In this document: piece after piece, positions 31,065-42,154 of the stretch
Numbering within the stretch: the stretch's first letter is position 1
Layout of the letters: each line of letters starts with the position of its first letter
NCBI GenBank assembly: GCA_963674945.2
Contig: CAXXWQ010000004.1
Location: forward strand, 352,001-416,000
Source: an uncultured Desulfosarcina sp.
Lineage (GTDB): Bacteria; Desulfobacterota; Desulfobacteria; Desulfobacterales; Desulfosarcinaceae
Direction: 5' to 3'
DNA: 64,000 bases
Translations under genes and position numbers: made by a program
The notes under the pieces: model-generated
What the model was told of the DNA's origin: nothing
Databases searched by the model: none
The model's input: the letters and a program-made list of their open reading frames with translations, nothing else

Positions 31065-31382
31065 TTACAAAGGGCCGATCTTAAACTTGATATCCTCGAT
31101 CGTTTGATGGGAAAGGCCTTGATTGATCTTTTCCAGCAATTCGGACTTCAAGAAACGGAGTTGAAATAGCCAAGCGGAACTGGTCACGTGCACCAAGAGG
31201 AGTGAGCCATTGATGGCAAAGGGTTTCGCGTTATCCGAGATCGGCTTTCCCACTGCTTTTTCCCACACGTGGACAAGGTGCAGCACCCCTCCCCTGTTCC
31301 GGGAACGGTATTGGTCCATAATGGATTCAAGCACCTGACCAATGGGCGTAAAGGTTTTGTTCTGCGACCGTTTATTCCCCAT
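31065..31382 (-). CDS. DUF721/DciA family protein
   Basis: WEKAVGKPI, LLVHVTSSAWLFQLRFLK..LLEKIN, IEDIKF. Confidence 0.85.
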   Translation of the reverse strand: MGNKRSQNKTFTPIGQVLESIMDQYRSRNRGGVLHLVHVWEKAVGKPISDNAKPFAINGSLLLVHVTSSAWLFQLRFLKSELLEKINQGLSHQTIEDIKFKIGPL

Positions 31383-31631
31383 TTTCCATCAATCCTTCCG
31401 ATATCATGATGACGATATAAATGGCGTTTGCCCCAAAGTCAACCATTCGAAGAACCATTGATTTTCCTTGACTTCGGCGATGGTCGATCTTAAATTATCA
31501 TAATTTTTCATGAATTTTGGGTAACCGTGAAATTCGGCATTGCAGCCGATAAAATAGGAATGAAGGACAAACCGGTGTTTTCCGGCCTGTTTCGGAAGCA
31601 CCATTTTGGCAACACCAGACAAGGATATAAA

Positions 31632-32663
31632 ATGGCTTGGGATTGGGAAAAGTTAAACCGACAGCAACAGCAAGGTGGCGCACCACCGCAAATGGAAGAC
31701 ATCGTCAATCAGCTGAAGAAGTTCAAACCACCCGGTGGTTCGATGCTGATCATCCTGGTAATCGTCTTGCTGATCGTCGGATACAGCGTTTTTTTCACCA
31801 TCGAGTCCGGCAGTGTGGGTGTGGTCCAGCGATTCGGAAAATTTGTTCGCATCGCACAACCCGGTCCTAACTTCAAGATGCCCTTTGGTATCGAAAAAGT
31901 AACCAAGGTTCGCCAGGACAGGATCTATAAAGAGGAATTCGGTTTCCAGTCCGAACGAAGCCCCTATGGCAGCCAGTACAGTGCAGCATCGGATACGGCC
32001 AGTATATCCTTGATGCTGACCGGTGATCTGAATGTCGCCGTCGTGCCTTGGATCGTCCAGTATAAGATCAAAGATCCATATAATTATCTCTTCAAAGTCA
32101 AGGATGCCAACGGGTTGTTGCGCGACCTTTCGGAATCCAGCATGCGTCTCGTGGTGGGTGACCGCAGTATTAACGAGGTGATCACCAAACGGGACGAAAT
32201 TGCCGTCGAGGCGCTACGGGTGCTGCAAGAGGAACTGGACAAAGCCGAAACCGGCATCAACGTCGTCACCGTGGAGATGAAAAAGACCAACGTGCCCACG
32301 CCTGTTCAGCCCTCTTTCAACGAGGTCAACCAGGCCACCCAGGAAAAAGAGAAAATGATCTACCAGGCACGGGAAGACTACAACAAAGCCATTCCTGCTG
32401 CTAGAGGAGAAGCGGAGAGGACCATCAAGGCGGCCGAAGGATATGCCCTGGATCGTATCAACCGTGCCAAGGGTGATGCGGCTCGGTTTAAAGATCTGTA
32501 CGGTGAATATGTCAAAGCCAAGGATGTGACCAAACGGCGTCTCTATCTGGAATCCTTGAAGGAGCTGCTTCCCAAGATCAATCGCAAATTTATCGTGGAT
32601 GCCGAGCAGAAGAACGTCCTGCCCCTCTTGAACCTTGGAAACAACAGTGGTGAGTCCAAATGA
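31632..32663 (+). CDS. hflK: FtsH protease modulator HflK
   Basis: MAWDW start, GVVQRFGK, MLTGDLN, SPFH domain, VTKRRLYLE. Confidence 0.95.
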   Translation: MAWDWEKLNRQQQQGGAPPQMEDIVNQLKKFKPPGGSMLIILVIVLLIVGYSVFFTIESGSVGVVQRFGKFVRIAQPGPNFKMPFGIEKVTKVRQDRIYKEEFGFQSERSPYGSQYSAASDTASISLMLTGDLNVAVVPWIVQYKIKDPYNYLFKVKDANGLLRDLSESSMRLVVGDRSINEVITKRDEIAVEALRVLQEELDKAETGINVVTVEMKKTNVPTPVQPSFNEVNQATQEKEKMIYQAREDYNKAIPAARGEAERTIKAAEGYALDRINRAKGDAARFKDLYGEYVKAKDVTKRRLYLESLKELLPKINRKFIVDAEQKNVLPLLNLGNNSGESK

Positions 32664-33625
32664 AACCAAAAATATTACTGGCAATCGCCGGCGTACTCGT
32701 ATTGATCCTGTTTATTTGTGCCTACACGGTGGATGAGACCGAGCAGGTCGTTGTTACCCGATTCGACAGGGTACAGCGGACCGTTACCTCTCCCGGCCTG
32801 CACTTCAAACTCCCCATCATCGAAAAAGCCCTGGTCTATCCCAACAACCTTCAGGAGTGGGACGGCGATCCAGGCCAGATCCCGACGAGGGACAAGACCT
32901 ACATCTGGGTCAACACCTTCGCACGCTGGAAGATCGTGGAACCGGTGGTGTTTTTCAAAACGGTGGGATACGTGAGTCGAGCCCAGCAACGGCTGGACGA
33001 GATCATCGACCCCACGGTTCGGAACTTCATCACTTCCAATCGACTGATTGAAGCCGTGCGGAATTCCAACCGGGAACTGGACACCTTCGAAGACTTCGGA
33101 GACAACACCGAAGATGATCCCAATATCGCCAAAGAGGATAAACCGGCAAGGTTCTCACAGGTATACGTGGGCCGGGACAAGATCGACACGGGAATATTAG
33201 AACAGGCAAAACCGAAGCTTGCCAAATTCGGCATCGAATTGGCGGATGTCAAGATCAAACGCGTCAATTACGTGGAAGAGGTCAGGAAATCCGTCTACGA
33301 TCGAATGATCGCGGAGAGGAAACAGATCGCACAAAAGTTCAGGTCCGAGGGAAAGGGAGAAGCACAAAAGATTTTGGGCGAAAAGGAAAGGGAACTAAAG
33401 CGAATTGAGTCGGAGGCCTATCGTACCGCCCAGGAGATCAAGGGAAAGGCAGATGCGGAGTCCACCCGTCTGTATGCAGAGGCCTTCGGTCTCGACCCGG
33501 ATTTCTACTCCTTTACCAAGACACTGGAAGTGTACAATAATGCCCTTAGTGAAAACAGTTCCATCATTTTGTCAACAGACTCGGAGATCTTCAAATACAT
33601 GAAGGGTTACGAGGGAAACCGTTAA
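32660..33625 (+). CDS. hflC: FtsH protease modulator HflC
   Basis: VDETEQVVVTRF, PGLHFKLP, VYDRMIAER, DPDFYSF; overlaps hflK stop (ATGA). Confidence 0.95.
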   Translation: MKPKILLAIAGVLVLILFICAYTVDETEQVVVTRFDRVQRTVTSPGLHFKLPIIEKALVYPNNLQEWDGDPGQIPTRDKTYIWVNTFARWKIVEPVVFFKTVGYVSRAQQRLDEIIDPTVRNFITSNRLIEAVRNSNRELDTFEDFGDNTEDDPNIAKEDKPARFSQVYVGRDKIDTGILEQAKPKLAKFGIELADVKIKRVNYVEEVRKSVYDRMIAERKQIAQKFRSEGKGEAQKILGEKERELKRIESEAYRTAQEIKGKADAESTRLYAEAFGLDPDFYSFTKTLEVYNNALSENSSIILSTDSEIFKYMKGYEGNR

Positions 33626-33658
33626 CGTCACTCCGATGGAACCGGTGGGAAGATAACA

Positions 33659-33687
33659 AAGCACCGACAAGGCAAATGTCGGTGCTT
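33659..33687. terminator. Hairpin between convergent hflC and bS22-like gene
   Basis: aagcaccgaca-aggcaaa-tgtcggtgctt inverted repeat. Confidence 0.65.
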
Positions 33688-33712
33688 ATACATCAGGCAA
33701 AGATCAAAAACA

Positions 33713-33811
33713 TCACTTACCCTTTCTTCTCTGGTGTCGTGTGCGGGCCAGTAGCTTTCGATGCTTATGCTTTCGCATCTTTTTCCTTCTCTTTTTGATG
33801 ACACTACCCAA
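33713..33811 (-). CDS. Small basic ribosomal protein bS22-like (AURKAIP1/COX24 domain), 32 aa, TTG start
   Basis: MGSVIKKRRKKMRKHKHRKLLARTRHQRRKGK preceded by a GGGGGTGA RBS; resembles actinobacterial bS22. Confidence 0.85.
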   Translation of the reverse strand: MGSVIKKRRKKMRKHKHRKLLARTRHQRRKGK

Positions 33812-33964
33812 CAGATCACCCCCATTCAAAATAAAGTGGTTCAAGTAAGCCACTTCTTTTATACTATCTGCTTTGACTTGTCCATATTTTTTTGCTACCC
33901 CCATTGTCCCCATGGATAATGTAAGTCATTGATCCCAAATGGGGGTGTATGGTACAGAAATTTT

Positions 33965-34516
33965 ATGAAAATGAAGGTTTACCGCCCCAAATTCAACGAT
34001 GCGCAGATCACCCTCGTCAACCATAGCGTTGCCATGGCAGAGGAGCTTGTCAGCAACTATTATAAAATGTCCGCAAGCCAGTGGCTCCACCCCAAATACG
34101 ACATCAACACCTTGGCCGATCTGACCGAAACGGAAATCATAGACGGTCCATTCGCCCAGGTGATCCGCTACGAAGGAAAACTAAAAAACGGACTGTTGGG
34201 GTCGAGTTCGTATGACTTCTACAAGATCTGTATTCAAGATCATACCATACTGCAAACCCTGGAAAAACATCCGGATATTACCCTTTCCCCGTTTGCGCTG
34301 TATGTGGTTACCCATGAATTGGTACACATCGTTCGATTCAGCCGGTTTCAACAAAATTTCAATGCCAACGATGAAGAAAAATTCGAAGAGGAACATCGCG
34401 TTCACGGAATCACCCACGAGATTCTCGACTCCATGAAAACCCCTGGACTTGATCGTGTTCTCGATTACTATCGCAAATGGAAATCTCCCATAGAAGGACT
34501 CGCCTCTATCCCCTAA
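33965..34516 (+). CDS. Hypothetical protein with HExxH motif
   Basis: VTHELVHIVRF, followed by EEEHRVH. Confidence 0.7.
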   Translation: MKMKVYRPKFNDAQITLVNHSVAMAEELVSNYYKMSASQWLHPKYDINTLADLTETEIIDGPFAQVIRYEGKLKNGLLGSSSYDFYKICIQDHTILQTLEKHPDITLSPFALYVVTHELVHIVRFSRFQQNFNANDEEKFEEEHRVHGITHEILDSMKTPGLDRVLDYYRKWKSPIEGLASIP

Positions 34517-34533
34517 TTTTCAAGCCGATCTTC

Positions 34534-34561
34534 TTGACAAGCCCGAAAGACGACATATATT
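34534..34561 (+). promoter_or_regulatory. Putative promoter (sigma70- or sigma32-like) upstream of the FmdB-like gene
   Basis: TTGACA-N16-TATATT; also resembles CTTGAC..CGACATAT. Confidence 0.35.
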
Positions 34562-34631
34562 AGTCCATTCAATTCGAGTAACACCTCAATTTTATATAAT
34601 TTTTGCACTTAGTTAGAGGAGTTTTGCAACC

Positions 34632-34904
34632 ATGCCCATCTACGAATACCAGTGCACCGCATGCGGAGAGATCGAAGAGGCAATTCAAAAGTTTTCAGAC
34701 CCGCCGTTGACCTCCTGCAAGCGCTGCTCGGGCAAATTAACCAAAATGATTTCCCAAAGCAGCTTTCACCTGAAAGGGACAGGGTGGTATGTGACGGACT
34801 ACGCAGGCAAAACAAAAGACTCGGACCCGGAATCGAAACCGGCTTTAAGTGAAACCGAGACCAAAGAAAAGAGTGAATCCAAGGCGGCGAAAAGCGATGA
34901 GTAA
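34632..34904 (+). CDS. FmdB-family zinc-ribbon protein
   Basis: MPIYEYQCTACG...CKRCSG...FHLKGTGWYVTDY. Confidence 0.93.
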   Translation: MPIYEYQCTACGEIEEAIQKFSDPPLTSCKRCSGKLTKMISQSSFHLKGTGWYVTDYAGKTKDSDPESKPALSETETKEKSESKAAKSDE

Positions 34905-35185
34905 CGATTGCAGCCAAGTCGGATACCGTGTTTTTCACCGATGAACACCCGTGGCAAGCTGTTGGAATATTGATGGAACAAAAATTATAGATATCCGCTC
35001 TTTACAAATCATAACACATGATTAAATTGATTGAATCTTTGTTTTTGTCTTCCTTTACAAAACAAATGGAATTGTCATACTTCGTCTGATTGAGGGTTCT
35101 TTCAAAGGCCCTTTTCGAGTAATGTGTGGAATTGTTGTTTTTTCGTTATGTTCGAAACAAGTGGAAAAAAAGGAGAGAAGGAAAA

Positions 35186-35473
35186 ATGAAACTCAGACCA
35201 TTACAGGATCGTATTTTGGTGCAACGCGTCGAAGAAGAAACCAAGACCAAAGGCGGTATTATCATCCCGGATACCGCAAAAGAAAAGCCGGCAGAGGGCG
35301 TGGTCAAGGCCGTTGGTAATGGCAAGGTAGGGGACGATGGCAAGCGTGTGGCACTGGAAATCAAGGTCGACGACCGGATTCTGTTCGGGAAGTACTCAGG
35401 GACAGAAGTGAAGATCGAGGGAGAAGAGTATCTGATCATGAGAGAAGACGACGTGCTCGGCGTCATTGAGTAA
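35186..35473 (+). CDS. groES: Co-chaperonin GroES
   Basis: [33 protein letters not shown]. Confidence 0.98.
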   Translation: MKLRPLQDRILVQRVEEETKTKGGIIIPDTAKEKPAEGVVKAVGNGKVGDDGKRVALEIKVDDRILFGKYSGTEVKIEGEEYLIMREDDVLGVIE

Positions 35474-35493
35474 TAATTTTCATCAACTGATAG

Positions 35494-37170
<1,677 letters not shown>

Positions 37171-37202
37171 CCCCATCCCCGCAACGCCTTACCATTAACA
37201 GG

Positions 37203-37241
37203 AAAAGCCCTTGCACCATTTTCGGTGCAAGGGCTTTTTTT
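37203..37241 (+). terminator. Rho-independent terminator of groESL
   Basis: aaaagcccttgcacc-atttt-cggtgcaagggc followed by a T run. Confidence 0.9.
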
Positions 37242-37451
37242 ATCGATGCAGCGCAACTTCCGGGGTCCGTGTTTTCGGGAACAGGCCGAATCTTACACGC
37301 AGAGGACTTAATATTTCCTGCAAAATGCCGATATGGGATATATTGAATGGTATCGTATCTGCGACCTTGACAACAGATCATCATTCAGGTTACTGGAATT
37401 ATAAAGAAAGTGGCGAACCAAACGAGGATAACAACAAAAATGAGGTATCCC

Positions 37452-38510
37452 ATGATGCAAAGGGCATTTTTTCTTTCTTGTCTATTTTTGATCACGCTCC
37501 TTTTGCCTTCCCTCTCCATCGCAGGTTCGGACCCGATCGAAGTGGTCGAAACCGAGACTGGATTCTATTACACCATCAAAAAGGGGGACACACTTTGGGA
37601 TTTGTCCCAGCACTTTAACAACTCTTCATGGCTATGGCCGGAACTGTGGAAAGAAAACGACCAAATCTCCAATCCCCATTGGATCTTCCCGGGCGAGCGG
37701 ATCCGACTCTATAAGAAATCGGGAGAACAGGTCATCTCAAAAGTTGAACAAAACATCCCCACACCCGTCGCTCCCGTCACCCCCATTGTGCCGCCCGACG
37801 AAGGGAAACGAGACGCCCCTTATTTTCTTTTCACTTCCATCGACAGTGTCGGTTTCATCCGAAAACCGCCGGTTCAGTCCTTGGGAACCGTTTTCGAAGT
37901 ACATGGGCAAAAAGTATTGATCAGCGAGGGAGACCAGATTTACATCCGCCCGTCGGATGATGCCGCCGCGGCCGCCCTCATTCCCGGAAGCCGGCACACT
38001 CTTTTTCGATATCGAAATCCAACGGATGACCGCAAATCGAGTGAGACCATCGGTACCCAGCACTATCTTCTAGGTGTCGTGGAAATCACCGCCAAGCAAC
38101 AAGACCTGGCCATCGCCAAGGTTCTGAAATCATTTCGTGCCATTGAAGTGGGCGATGCGGTGATGCCGTTTGCGCACCGACACGCCAAAATTGAGCTTCG
38201 GCCAAGCACACCCGGAATCGATGGCGCCATCATCAACTCCGAAGACCATACGGTCATCACCGGAGACAATATGCTTGCCTTTATCGACAAGGGCCGCGCG
38301 GACAATATCGAGGTGGGCCAGCTCTATTCCATCTACGGGAACAAAAAATTGGAATTAAAGGAGGAAGGCATTGATGAAAAAATGCTTCCTCCGGTGGATT
38401 TCGGCACCCTTTTTGTGCTTCACACGGAAGAGACGACGTCTACGGTCGTCATCACATATTCTGAAAATAGTATCGAATCCGGGGAGCGATTTCGGACACC
38501 GATCCAGTAA
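37452..38510 (+). CDS. Secreted LysM protein (TsaP-like); start may be 37440
   Basis: Signal peptide; YTIKKGDTLWDLS..WLWPELW..NPHWIFPG LysM domain. Confidence 0.85.
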   Translation: MMQRAFFLSCLFLITLLLPSLSIAGSDPIEVVETETGFYYTIKKGDTLWDLSQHFNNSSWLWPELWKENDQISNPHWIFPGERIRLYKKSGEQVISKVEQNIPTPVAPVTPIVPPDEGKRDAPYFLFTSIDSVGFIRKPPVQSLGTVFEVHGQKVLISEGDQIYIRPSDDAAAAALIPGSRHTLFRYRNPTDDRKSSETIGTQHYLLGVVEITAKQQDLAIAKVLKSFRAIEVGDAVMPFAHRHAKIELRPSTPGIDGAIINSEDHTVITGDNMLAFIDKGRADNIEVGQLYSIYGNKKLELKEEGIDEKMLPPVDFGTLFVLHTEETTSTVVITYSENSIESGERFRTPIQ

Positions 38511-38518
38511 TAGATAAA

Positions 38519-38558
38519 GGCAGGCCGTTGCTTCGTTTTACATTCATCGGCCTGCCTC
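38519..38558. terminator. Hairpin between convergent LysM and ATPase genes
   Basis: ggcaggccg...cggcctgcc inverted repeat. Confidence 0.5.
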
Positions 38559-38577
38559 TTCCTTTTCTCAGGAAATA

Positions 38578-40392
38578 TCAACCAACCTCACCGCCTGCGG
38601 TCACCCGAAGCACTTCCTGGTAGGTCGTAATCCCCGCCAAAAGCTTTTCTACGGCACTCTCCCGCAATGATGCCATGCCTTCACTTCGCGCCATTTCGGC
38701 AAGCTGGGCCAGATCCGCTTCCGCGGTGGTCAACGTTTTGATGGCATCCGAATAGGGAAGCACCTCATGGATGGTGGTCCTTCCCAAATACCCTGTTCCC
38801 CTGCATTTCTGGCACCCTGTGCCATGATACAGGCAAAGGGTGCCGGTCTTGCCGGTGGCAAGGCCCATCGCTTGAAGATCGGCCGCTTCGATGGTGATGG
38901 ATTCCTTGCACGAATTGCATATTTTTCGAACCAACCGCTGGGATAAAATGCCGCGAAGGGTTGCCTGGAGAAGGAACGCGGGCACCCCCAGATCCATCAT
39001 TCGGATGATGGAGGAGGGTGCATCATTCGTATGTAAGGTGGAGAGCACCAGATGGCCTGTCAGCGCGGCTTGGATGGCATTCTCCGCCGTTTCCAAATCC
39101 CGCAACTCTCCCACCATGATGATATCCGGGTCTTGCCTTAAAATATTTCGCATGATGGATCCGAAGGTAATCCCAACCTGGGGACGAACGGCAATCTGAT
39201 TGAAGTCTTCGTGAACCATCTCGATGGGATCTTCGATGGTCGTCACATTGACACGGGTCGTGCTGATCTTCCTGAGGGTGGAATACAATGTCGTGGATTT
39301 CCCACTACCCGTCGGGCCGCACACCAGGACAAGGCCGTGGGGGTGGGATATGATCTGGTTGTACTTTTCCATGTCCACCGACGAGAACCCCAAGGTTTCG
39401 AGATCCTGGAATAAAATATCCGGATCCATGACCCGCATCACGACCTTTTCACCAAACGCCACGGGTATCGTGGAGACACGAATCTCGACCTCCACATCCC
39501 GTTTTCCGGTTTTGATCCGGCCATCCTGGGGGCGACGCTTTTCCGCCATGTCCATTCCCGAGAGGTTCTTGATTCGACTTACGATGGCCGAATGAACATT
39601 TTTCGGTAATTTGTGGACGGTATGCAAAACTCCGTCGATACGCATTCGAACCATGCTCATTTCTCTCTTGGGTTCGATGTGGATATCGCTGGCCTTTTGA
39701 TCAAATGCATAGATGAAGAGATGATTGACGGCATTGACCACATGCTGATCATTGGACGGGAGCTCATCCGCGGAGTGTAGATGGATAAAGCGCTCGAGGT
39801 TTCCCAGGTCCACACTGGGTCCGGAAAACTGGTGTTCGGCCGCGGCGATGGAACGCTTGAAACCGAAGAATTCGCCAATCAGCTTGATGATGTCCGACCG
39901 AGGACTGACCACTGCGTCCACCTGCATCTGGCAGGCCCGGGTGATGTCCTCGAAAATTTCCAGATTGTAAGGATTGGGCGTGGCAACGACAATCCGTCCC
40001 TGCCTGATTTCGATGGGCAGGACCAGATGCTTTTTCGCAAAAGAGATGGGAACGGTAGTGGTAACGACGTTCAGATCCAGCTTCAAGGGATCGATTTTGA
40101 CGAAAGGAACGTTCCAATCTGCGGCAAGTACCTGGTAAATCGTATCCTCATCGAGGGTTTTGGATGGGTCATCTTTTCTTTTTACGCTCAACGATACTAT
40201 TGTCTCGATAAAAAGAAACAACTCGTCTCTTTTTTCGACATGGATCCCCTCTTCCCGCTCCCCTCCCTGTCGTTCGACACGTTTGATCAACTCCGATCGG
40301 TTGGCATATAGATCCCTCGCCTGCTGAAAAGTGATCAAGCCTTCTCGGTCGAGCACCGAAAGAAGGTGTTTTACCGACAATACATCCGTCAC
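38578..40392 (-). CDS. GspE/PilB-family secretion ATPase
   Basis: ASDIHIEP, RIDGVL, GPTGSGKSTT, IEDPIE, LRQDPDIIMVGELRD, TGHLVLSTLHTN, tetracysteine motif. Confidence 0.95.
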   Translation of the reverse strand: MTDVLSVKHLLSVLDREGLITFQQARDLYANRSELIKRVERQGGEREEGIHVEKRDELFLFIETIVSLSVKRKDDPSKTLDEDTIYQVLAADWNVPFVKIDPLKLDLNVVTTTVPISFAKKHLVLPIEIRQGRIVVATPNPYNLEIFEDITRACQMQVDAVVSPRSDIIKLIGEFFGFKRSIAAAEHQFSGPSVDLGNLERFIHLHSADELPSNDQHVVNAVNHLFIYAFDQKASDIHIEPKREMSMVRMRIDGVLHTVHKLPKNVHSAIVSRIKNLSGMDMAEKRRPQDGRIKTGKRDVEVEIRVSTIPVAFGEKVVMRVMDPDILFQDLETLGFSSVDMEKYNQIISHPHGLVLVCGPTGSGKSTTLYSTLRKISTTRVNVTTIEDPIEMVHEDFNQIAVRPQVGITFGSIMRNILRQDPDIIMVGELRDLETAENAIQAALTGHLVLSTLHTNDAPSSIIRMMDLGVPAFLLQATLRGILSQRLVRKICNSCKESITIEAADLQAMGLATGKTGTLCLYHGTGCQKCRGTGYLGRTTIHEVLPYSDAIKTLTTAEADLAQLAEMARSEGMASLRESAVEKLLAGITTYQEVLRVTAGGEVG

Positions 40393-40410
40393 GCTACAAT
40401 CCCTTTTTGT

Positions 40411-41829
40411 CTAGGTAACTTCTGATTCGGTGCTTTGAAGGTTCCGTATGATATTTTCGATCCACTCCATTGTTCGCGCCACGGAACGGCGGTTGTCCAC
40501 TGAGCCGTTGAATCGGGACAACGGAAGGCCACTCTCACCGATCTTTTGTAGCCTTCTTACATCATCGGGCGTTCCTACCCGGCCGATACCTCTAACGATG
40601 ATTTTCAGGTGCTGCAAAAAAACGGGGATATAGCTTTCCGATCTTATGTGACGGTAGATTCCGGATTGGACGTCACCGTATTCGGCCAGCGCGGAAATTA
40701 AAATCGTATGTGCGGTTTTGCCGGACATTAGGGCGAGAAAAATGAAAATTTCACGCTCCAGGTACAAAAGATGACGAATGGAGGGAAGGGGGTTTCCCGG
40801 AGCGGGGTCATTGAGCAGGGCGATTAACCTGCGGTGAATCGCATGAATCTTTGTAACGAACCGATATTCAACGGAATCGATTCGAAATCGGGCGTAATGA
40901 ACCATATCCTTGTCCAGGCCTTTTCGAACATTTAAGACCTCTTCCGGCGTCATTTCGATATCTACATCGAGTTCCTTGTTATAGGTTCGGAGTAAAATAT
41001 TGGCCAGCATGATGGCGTTTCGATCCGAGACCTCAACCTCTTCGGGATGGCGGGAAAAGTCTGTCAGTAGGAAACGCAGGGCATGTTTGGGCCGATTGAT
41101 ACGGCTGATCAGGTGCTGCATGGCGTTTAGGAAGGGAACGCGATTGGCACGCCCCCTCGCGGCCTTGAAATAGCACCACATCAATTGGAATGCATGGTTT
41201 CCATGTTTGCTCAGCTCATCCAGCATGGGGTCGAATTGGTGACGAATGAAATTTCCCCTGTTGTCTAAAAATTTTTCGATGAGCAGGGTGACCTTTCCCG
41301 TATCGTAGATGGGGATTTTAAAGGAATGGGATACCGCCTGCAGATTATCGTCGTTTCGACGTTCGATCAGTTTTTCGATGGCCACCAATTGTTGTTCCGT
41401 TTCTCGACTCTCCTTGACCAACGTCAGAATCGTAACGAATTCGCTGTACAAGGATCCGATGATGGTGGACTTGCCATTCACATCCACCTGTACGGCATCC
41501 CTTCCCACAGTAAGTGCATCCAACGCATTGGTGTCCACCTTGTTGATTCCGATTCGCAACAAATTCGCCAGATGGGATTGTATTTCCTGGTAGCCGTTTT
41601 TCTTCTTCAAGGCATCGAGGACAAGACTGTAGGTACGAAGCTGTTTTAAGAGGGTATCGGGACCCATCTCTTCGAAATCATGTAAAATCGAAACGACCGC
41701 ATCGTCATGCAGCTGGGGATTTGCCTTCAATGAATCGTGAACGATCTGTAATGCCTGCTCCCGTAGGTGGTTCACATTGGCGCTGTGGGCTTGGTCGATG
41801 TCGGCAGACAAGAATCGACTTGCGTTCAT
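40411..41829 (-). CDS. Hypothetical alpha-helical protein (472 aa)
   Basis: Long ORF with GGAG RBS, 18 nt upstream of the ATPase gene; no motif recognised. Confidence 0.75.
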   Translation of the reverse strand: MNASRFLSADIDQAHSANVNHLREQALQIVHDSLKANPQLHDDAVVSILHDFEEMGPDTLLKQLRTYSLVLDALKKKNGYQEIQSHLANLLRIGINKVDTNALDALTVGRDAVQVDVNGKSTIIGSLYSEFVTILTLVKESRETEQQLVAIEKLIERRNDDNLQAVSHSFKIPIYDTGKVTLLIEKFLDNRGNFIRHQFDPMLDELSKHGNHAFQLMWCYFKAARGRANRVPFLNAMQHLISRINRPKHALRFLLTDFSRHPEEVEVSDRNAIMLANILLRTYNKELDVDIEMTPEEVLNVRKGLDKDMVHYARFRIDSVEYRFVTKIHAIHRRLIALLNDPAPGNPLPSIRHLLYLEREIFIFLALMSGKTAHTILISALAEYGDVQSGIYRHIRSESYIPVFLQHLKIIVRGIGRVGTPDDVRRLQKIGESGLPLSRFNGSVDNRRSVARTMEWIENIIRNLQSTESEVT

Positions 41830-42154
41830 TCATGGTCTCCATTTCGGATTACGCCGTTATGTCGTATGCAGGCACGCGAGGATCGACCAAGATCATCGCG
41901 TGCCATACGGGATCCTCATAAGGTTTCGTTTTAGAAAGCCGGTTGACCACAACAAACGGATCAAACGGTCGCCTTCCACTAAGCTTATCGGTAATTCTTA
42001 CAGATTCTTTACGACGGAGCGCGAAAACTGGATGGCAATGGGAATATGGCCTTCTTTCCCCTTACACCGTCAAAAGAACAAGGGGTTCGCCCTGCCGGAG
42101 AGAAAAAAATCCCAACGTTTTTTCTTTGAGGGGAAGATCATGGCCGATATCGTG

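Noticed and set aside
34905..35185. CIRCE element upstream of groES
   Set aside because: No TTAGCACTC-N9-GAGTGCTAA match; the partial look-alike near 34602-34630 has wrong spacing and a poor right arm
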